Source of the DNA: an uncultured bacterium
GTDB taxonomy: Bacteria; Zixibacteria; MSB-5A5; CAIYYT01
DNA: 64,000 bases
NCBI GenBank assembly: GCA_963726455.1
Contig: CAVSCK010000004.1
Span: 32,001-96,000 of the forward strand
Direction: 5' to 3'
Shown in pieces: positions 59,692-64,000 of this stretch. The first letter of the stretch is position 1. Each line of letters opens with the position of its first letter. A program made the position numbers and the translations under genes. The notes under the pieces were generated by a model. The model made no database searches. It saw nothing but the letters and a program-made list of their open reading frames with translations, and was not told the origin of the DNA.

Positions 59692-60669
59692 ATGGCAAAA
59701 CAAGTAATACTCTCCGGCATGCAGCCGACAGGCCGCCTGCATCTCGGTAATCTTGAAGGTGCCCTGGCCAACTGGGTGAAATTACAGCACGAATACGACA
59801 TGTACTGCTGCATCGTCGATTGGCATTCGCTGACGGCGCGCTATGACGATACCTCCACAATGGACGATGATATCGTACAGATGGCGATTGACTATCTGGC
59901 CGCCGGGCTTGATCCTCAGAAGGTCGCGATCTTCATTCAATCCCAGGTCAAGGAACATGCCGAACTGCATCTCTTGCTTTCAATGATTACGCCGACGCCC
60001 TGGCTGGAACGCGTACCGTCTTTCAAAGAAAAAGCGGAGAAGCTTGGCCTTGACAGCTACGGTTTCCTTGGCTACGGGCTGCTGCAAGCCGCGGACATTC
60101 TGGTCTATCGCGCAGATTTCGTGCCGGTAGGCAAGGATCAGCTTCCACACATCGAGCTGACGCGCGAAGTTGCGCGGCGGTTTAACACGCTGTACGGAGA
60201 GGTCTTCCCGGAGCCGCAAGCCAAGCTGACGAAGATACCTGAAGTACCCGGCACCGACGGCAACAAGATGAGCAAGTCCTACGGCAACCAAATTTCCATT
60301 GCCGACACACCGGAAGCGACCGCTGACAAGCTCAAGAAGATGTTTACCGATCCCCTTAAGCTGCGCAAGGGGGACCCGGGACGCCCGGAAATCTGCCCGG
60401 TGTTTACATTGCATAAGATCTTTACCCCGGCTGAGCAAATAGAGGTTATCGACCGCACCTGCCGTTCGGGCGAATTGGGCTGCGTCGCCGACAAAAAACA
60501 TCTTGCCGAAAGCATTAATAATGCGTTAGAACCTATACGGCAGAAGCGCCGCGAGCTGGAAAGCAACTTGGGCTACGTCAATGACGTGCTAGCGGATGGC
60601 GCCAGTCGCGCCCGCAAACGTGCCCAGGAGACAATGGCGATAGTCAGGGAGAAAATGCACCTGCGATGA
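59692..60669 (+). CDS. trpS: Tryptophan--tRNA ligase
   Basis: SGMQPTG.LHLGN, D.H, L.AADIL, VPVG.DQ..H.E and KMSKS motifs. Confidence 0.97.
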   Translation: MAKQVILSGMQPTGRLHLGNLEGALANWVKLQHEYDMYCCIVDWHSLTARYDDTSTMDDDIVQMAIDYLAAGLDPQKVAIFIQSQVKEHAELHLLLSMITPTPWLERVPSFKEKAEKLGLDSYGFLGYGLLQAADILVYRADFVPVGKDQLPHIELTREVARRFNTLYGEVFPEPQAKLTKIPEVPGTDGNKMSKSYGNQISIADTPEATADKLKKMFTDPLKLRKGDPGRPEICPVFTLHKIFTPAEQIEVIDRTCRSGELGCVADKKHLAESINNALEPIRQKRRELESNLGYVNDVLADGASRARKRAQETMAIVREKMHLR

Positions 60670-61412
60670 GTGAAGACAAGCTTTACGATGAAGTACAGGT
60701 TACCTCCGACAGCTTTCCAGTCAAGATCGAGGGATTTGAAGGCCCGCTCGACCTGTTGCTCTATCTGATCCGCAATCAAGAGATTGACATTTACGATATT
60801 CCGATTTCCAAGATCACCGGCCAGTATCTGGAATACCTCAACGTCATGAAGCTGCTCAATCTCGAAATCGCCGGCGAATACCTGCTGATGGCCGCAACCT
60901 TGATCCGCATCAAGGCGCGTCTCTTGATGCCGCGACATCCGGAGATTGAGGGAGATGAAGAGGATCCGCGTGAAGAACTGATCGTGGCGCTGCTGGAATA
61001 CAAGCGCTTCAAAGAGGCCTCCGAGAAAATGGCCATCATGGAGGTCAAGGAACGCCAGGTTCTCAAACGCGGCGACTTTTCGTATCTCAGCAAAGAGGTA
61101 CAGGAGACCTTCACGCTTGAGGCCACGCTTTACGACCTGGCGCGGGCGTTCAGCGATGCCATCAAAGCCATGCCCCCGGAACCGGTGCATGAAGTTCGAA
61201 ATTATGAACTGACCATTGAAGACCAGGTAGAGTACATCCTGAAACTGCTTCAGGACACCGAAAACATTACTTTGACAGAACTACTTAAGCTTGACCCCAG
61301 CCGCTTCTACTGCGTAGTAACCTTCGTGGCGTTGCTGGAATTAGTCAAACTGCAGCGCGTTTCAGCGCGCCAGCACCAGCATTTTGGAGAAATCTATGTC
61401 GTCAGAATCTGA
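60666..61412 (+). CDS. scpA: Segregation and condensation protein A
   Basis: FEGPLDLLL.LI, YL.MAATL..IK.R.L.P, DPR.EL...L.EY and F.ALLEL motifs. Confidence 0.95.
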   Translation: MSEDKLYDEVQVTSDSFPVKIEGFEGPLDLLLYLIRNQEIDIYDIPISKITGQYLEYLNVMKLLNLEIAGEYLLMAATLIRIKARLLMPRHPEIEGDEEDPREELIVALLEYKRFKEASEKMAIMEVKERQVLKRGDFSYLSKEVQETFTLEATLYDLARAFSDAIKAMPPEPVHEVRNYELTIEDQVEYILKLLQDTENITLTELLKLDPSRFYCVVTFVALLELVKLQRVSARQHQHFGEIYVVRI

Positions 61413-62040
61413 CCAGACCGGATATACCGAAGAAGAAATCAGCACTATCGAGGCGGTTTTGTTTTCCTCGCCGCGTCCGATGGCCACCAACGATCTGAAG
61501 AAACTCCTCTCGTCGCGCCACAAAGGCGGCGTCCGAGGGATTGTCGATAAGCTCAATCAGAAGTATGCCGAGAACAACAATACCTTCCGCATCCGCGAAA
61601 TCGCGGGCGGCTTTCAGTTCTATTTGATTCCTGATTACGCTGTTCAGGTTGAGAAATATTTCTCGGTGCAGCGCAATCGCCGCCTGACCCAGGCCGGTCT
61701 CGAAACTCTCGCGATCATTGCCTACAAGCAGCCGATTACGAAGGGTGAAATCGAGCAAATTCGCGGCGTGGCGTCGGATGGCGTAATCCAAACGCTGCTG
61801 GAGCGGAAACTGATCAAACCGGCCGGGCGTGCCGAACGGGTCGGTAAGCCGTTGCTGTATGCGACCACACCGAACTTCCTCGAATATTTTGCCATTACCA
61901 GTCTCGAACAACTACCGCGACTTACTGAAATCATTCCGCGTCCATTGGGCAATCCGCTGCAGAAGACACTCGATCTTCAGAACGCAGCGGCCGATACCGA
62001 TGACGATGACGGCACTGATTCTGAGGATGCCGAAACATAG
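61396..62040 (+). CDS. scpB: Segregation and condensation protein B
   Basis: EA.LF....P, LETLAIIAYKQPIT..EIE.IRGV and P.LY.TT..FL.YF motifs. Confidence 0.95.
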   Translation: MSSESDQTGYTEEEISTIEAVLFSSPRPMATNDLKKLLSSRHKGGVRGIVDKLNQKYAENNNTFRIREIAGGFQFYLIPDYAVQVEKYFSVQRNRRLTQAGLETLAIIAYKQPITKGEIEQIRGVASDGVIQTLLERKLIKPAGRAERVGKPLLYATTPNFLEYFAITSLEQLPRLTEIIPRPLGNPLQKTLDLQNAAADTDDDDGTDSEDAET

Positions 62041-62042
62041 CG

Positions 62043-62762
62043 GTGCGCCTTAACAAATTCCTAAGCCAATGTGGGGTTGCCTCACGACGCGTTGCCGATG
62101 ATCTGATTGCCAAAGGCCAAGTCTCGATCAACGGGGTTGTGGTCACAAAGTTGGGGCAGGTAATTGACGAGTTGAATGATTCCGTCACTGTCGAGGGCAA
62201 ACTCTGCAAGCTGCCGGAAGACCACGTTTATGTTCTCCTGAATAAGCCGCGCGGCTATCTGGTGACGCTCAAGGACGCTTTTGGCCGCAAGACGATCAAG
62301 AATCTGATCAAATCCGTACCGCGGCGAGTCTACCCGGTCGGTCGGCTGGACTATGATTCCGAAGGGATTCTACTGCTCACGGATGATGGCGAAATGTCCT
62401 TCCGGCTGGCGCATCCAAGTTACGGGGTGAAAAAGATTTACAGCGTCGTGGTGAAGGGGAATTTCCGGTCAGAGGACTTGCGACACTTCTATGATGGTAT
62501 CACGCTCGAGGACGGACACCTCGCACACGCCCGGGTTAAGATTCTTGAGCGGCTTGAGGACTCCACTTTGCTGTCGATTGAGTTGTCGGAAGGCCGCAAG
62601 CGCGAAATCCGCCGCATGTGCAAGATCATCGGCTATCCGGTGGTGTCGATTTTGCGCGTCAGGTACGATGAGCTGACTCTGCAAGGGGTCGAAAAGGGCA
62701 AATGGCGGCTCCTCACTCAGGCCGAAATCGAGAAACTCAGGCGTAAAGTGGGACTGGCCTGA
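62043..62762 (+). CDS. rluB: 23S rRNA pseudouridine synthase (RluB/RsuA family)
   Basis: RL.KFL...GVASRR S4 domain, NKP.G, YPVGRLD.DSEG.LLLTDDG and EG..R.IRRM motifs. Confidence 0.92.
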   Translation: MRLNKFLSQCGVASRRVADDLIAKGQVSINGVVVTKLGQVIDELNDSVTVEGKLCKLPEDHVYVLLNKPRGYLVTLKDAFGRKTIKNLIKSVPRRVYPVGRLDYDSEGILLLTDDGEMSFRLAHPSYGVKKIYSVVVKGNFRSEDLRHFYDGITLEDGHLAHARVKILERLEDSTLLSIELSEGRKREIRRMCKIIGYPVVSILRVRYDELTLQGVEKGKWRLLTQAEIEKLRRKVGLA

Positions 62763-62794
62763 CGCTCATCAAACGCCGCGTCTTGTCTTTTTGG

Positions 62795-62823
62795 TTGACG
62801 CACGTTCTTTAAATCAATACAAT
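62795..62823 (+). promoter_or_regulatory. Putative sigma70 promoter
   Basis: TTGACG-N17-TACAAT. Confidence 0.55.
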
Positions 62824-62882
62824 TCCGAGTCAACTTTTTTCACGGAAGTCCAAAGATGAAATATGTTATCCGGGAGACAAAC

Positions 62883-64000
62883 ATGCGCCAATTATTAAAG
62901 ATCCTGCTGCTGATCTTCATATCTGCCGGCCTGGTCGGATTCGTCCAGCCGGCTTCGGCTCAACTCGGGGGACTGAAGAAGAAGGTAAAGAGCAAAGTCG
63001 AAAAGAAGGCGGAAGAGAAAGTCGACGAGAAGATTGACGAGACTATTGACAACGCCGCCGGCGACGGTGAGAAGAAGACCGACGAGAAGAAGGACACTAA
63101 AGAAACTGCGGATGCGAAGGAATCGGAAAGCTGCGCGCCGGCCGCGCAAGCTAAGGGTGGCAGCGCGACAGCCGAGGACATGAATCTATACACCAAGTAT
63201 GACTTCATCCCGGGCGACAAGGTGATCTTCTATGATGACCTCGCCAACGAAGAATTGGGTGAGTTCCCGTCTCGCTGGAAATTGGACGAACGGCGTGTTC
63301 GAGATTGCCAAGCAGTACGGCCAGAATTGGATCATGTGCACGAACGAGGGCGGCCTGGTGCCGAAGGTTCCCGCTGGACCGTTGCCCCCCAAGTACACAG
63401 TCGAGATGGACTTTTATGTAAAAGGTGAACCGAACAAGACTCACTGGTACATCATCAAGTGGCTGGACCTGAAGCAGCAGGAGATCGGAAGTCTCAACGT
63501 TACCGATGGCAACCATGCCCGGCTTCGCATCGGCAACAAGGACATTTCAAACAAAGAACTGGCGAAAGAGCTCGGCGCCGGCAAGCATACGATTCGGATC
63601 ATGGCCACCAAAACTTCGATGAAATGCTACGTTGATAACGAGCGCGTCGCCAACGTGCCCGCGGTTGAGGGCTTTACCCCTTACGAGTTGATGGTCTATG
63701 CCGACATTTGGAACGATGAAGGGGCTAAGGGCAACCCGATGCTGATCGGCGCGTTCCGTTACGCCGAAGGTGGCAAGACGCTCAAACAACAACTTGATGA
63801 AGACGGCAAGATCGTGACTCACGGGATTCTTTTCGATTCCGGTTCCGACAAGATCAAGGGCGAATCATACAAGACGCTCGCTGATATCGGCGCGCTTATG
63901 ACCGAGAATCCGACACTGCGTGTTTCGATCGATGGGCATACCGATTCCGACGGCGCGGATGATTCCAACATGGATCTCTCCAAGAGACGCGCGGCGTCGG
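62883..64000 (+). CDS. OmpA-family protein (frameshift near 63289; runs off the window)
   Basis: KYDFIPG.KVIFYDD....GEFP..W in the first frame; the shifted frame continues to GILFD.GS..IK.ES...I.GHTDSDG...N..LS..RA (OmpA C-terminal domain). Confidence 0.88.

Noticed and set aside
63280-63300. Phase variation of the OmpA-family gene
   Set aside because: The lesion (GACGAAC versus expected GACAAC) is not in a homopolymer or simple repeat; likely an assembly error

Overview
A bacterial chromosome segment, most likely from a candidate-division Zixibacteria-like FCB organism. That assignment is inferred from many secreted proteins ending in GD.NG...DISD.V.LI.YIF..GP.PC dockerins or QN.PNPFN T9SS/FlgD-type C-terminal domains. 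Housekeeping genes include ctpA, ogt, an M29 aminopeptidase, ktrBA, a prolyl oligopeptidase, a ROK kinase, efp, rnhC and trpS-scpA-scpB-rluB, plus a sigma54 two-component system. The main points of interest are: (1) a tightly coupled operon of a Ser/Thr kinase, two TPR+CsgG/FlgO-like proteins, an outer-membrane beta-barrel, a cohesin lipoprotein and a large dockerin/CTD protein, directly downstream of two dockerin metalloproteases; (2) with other dockerin enzymes and a cohesin+dockerin+CTD scaffold-like gene, this suggests a cellulosome-like surface complex built around peptidases; (3) a HesB-like selenoprotein missed by the ORF track, with an in-frame UGA and a SECIS-like hairpin; (4) 150-bp REPIN-like elements bracketing two tandem Imm50-like paralogues; (5) two sigma54 promoters, an unclassified ~95-nt structured element and an EF-P with Arg at the loop tip. 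Four genes carry indels or stops, probably partly assembly errors. I found no CRISPR array, rRNA, tRNA or transposase. All family assignments come from motif recognition; no database searches were run.
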